A DNA stretch of 63,367 bases, filler included, from Octopus bimaculoides (taxonomy: Eukaryota): NCBI RefSeq assembly GCF_001194135.2. It is 11 parts of 8 records of this genome, joined end to end, with 100 filler letters (N's around TTAATTAATTAA, not from the genome) between each part and the next. Parts side by side here need not be neighbours in the genome. Positions count along the whole stretch, not along the records: positions 59,631 to 63,367 come from NC_069000.1; 10 more parts are not named here. One strand, 5' to 3'. Within the stretch, counting starts at the first letter, position 1. Each line of letters begins with the position of its first letter. Made by a program: the position numbers and the translations under genes. Of the stretch, positions 62,190 to 63,367 are shown piece by piece. The notes beneath the pieces are model-generated. The model did no database searches. It saw nothing but the letters and a program-made list of their open reading frames with translations, and was not told the DNA's origin.

Positions 62190-63367
62190 CCAGTGCCCCT
62201 GGACTGGCTCTTGTGCGGATGGCATGTAAGATACACTATTTTGAGTGTGGCCATTGCCAATACTGCCTGACTGGCCTTCGTGCCGGTGGCACGTAAAAGC
62301 ACCCACTACACTCTCGGAGTGGTTAGCATTAGGAAGGGCATCCAGCTGTAGAAACTCTGCCAAATCAGATTGGAGCCTGGTGTAGCCATCTGGTTTCACC
62401 AGTCCTCAGTCAGATCGTCCAACCCATGCTAGCATGGAAAGCGGACGTTAAACGAGGATGATGATGATGATGATTGTCTGATGTTGAGTGGTCACACCCA
62501 GTCTCCTTTGTTTGTCAAATACTACAACTTTTAGTTTCACTGAAAGTCAAACTGAGTGGTTTGACTGCATCATCTGTTGGCCCAGTACTATAACAGGTAG
62601 CTCGACTTAGGGTTCAACAGAACGACAAATCATGTTCACCTGCTGGAGTGACAAGGACCATGTAGTTATCCTTGTGCAGTAACTTTGTGTAAAGTGAAGT
62701 AGAGTTGCATACTAGGAATTGCATTCTCTTGTCTGTGACCATCTTCAATCCCATGACAAGACCAGGCCAGGATGCCTAGGGATGGAGATGGATGCAGTGT
62801 GACTTTCTTCATCTTGTTCACTGCATTTCACAATACGCTGCTGCAGTCACTTTCCCTATTGTTGAACCATGAAGGATTCTTCTGTAGAATCCACTAGATT
62901 TGTTCTTCATAGAACAATGAGAACCATTGGGCTATTACTAACAAAAGGTGATTATTATGGCAGGGTGTGATATTTTACTGAACCTACTACTAAGATATAA
63001 AGGGTAAAAGGGTAAAGACTCCCATTGGTCATGAATGAGCAAGGGTCATTTCAACCTTTTTTTTATCTTTGTTTCTGTCTAGCATTAGATTAAAAAATAT
63101 GCAATTACAACCATATTATATACTCTTTTACTTGTTTCAGTCATTTGACTGTGGCCATGCTGGAGCAACGCCTTTAGTCGAACAAATCAACCCCAGGACT
63201 TATTCTTTGTAAGCCTAGTACTTATTCTATCTGTCACTTTTGCCGAACCGCTAAGTTACGGGGACGTAAACACATAAGAACTGGTTGTCAAGTGGTGGTG
63301 GAAGGAACACAGACACACAAACACACACATCTATCTAAATACATACATATATATATGTATATATATA

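Overview
This is eukaryotic, AT-rich, microsatellite-dense genomic DNA with many N gaps. Its repeat landscape (tRNA-derived SINEs, RTE LINEs, (AAT)n-tailed RLE-type non-LTR elements) suggests a coleoid cephalopod, probably Octopus; this is an inference, and no database search was run. None of the supplied ATG-ORFs is a host gene. Three + strand exons with canonical splice sites (23318-23421, 54072-54189, 59005-59163) encode EF-hand-region and Ig-domain parts of a follistatin-related protein 4/5-like gene, so most of the window is intron. The rest is transposon debris: two convergent RTE LINEs with a PHD-type finger, older RTE, CR1-like and RLE-type relics, maT, mariner, Chapaev3 and Helitron relics, MITEs and SINEs. 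The most interesting signals are (i) about eight hammerhead-ribozyme motifs from about four Penelope-like terminal-repeat families, with no Penelope ORF recognised, including a tRNA-like-head + (AAT)n + hammerhead composite with an inverted 3' copy (34261-34687), and (ii) several long inverted repeats (1.2 kb foldback, a 141/142-identical inverted pair, a 445-bp palindrome with a perfect 25-bp apex). I found no CRISPR, rRNA or intact tRNA gene. All family assignments come from motif recognition by eye.
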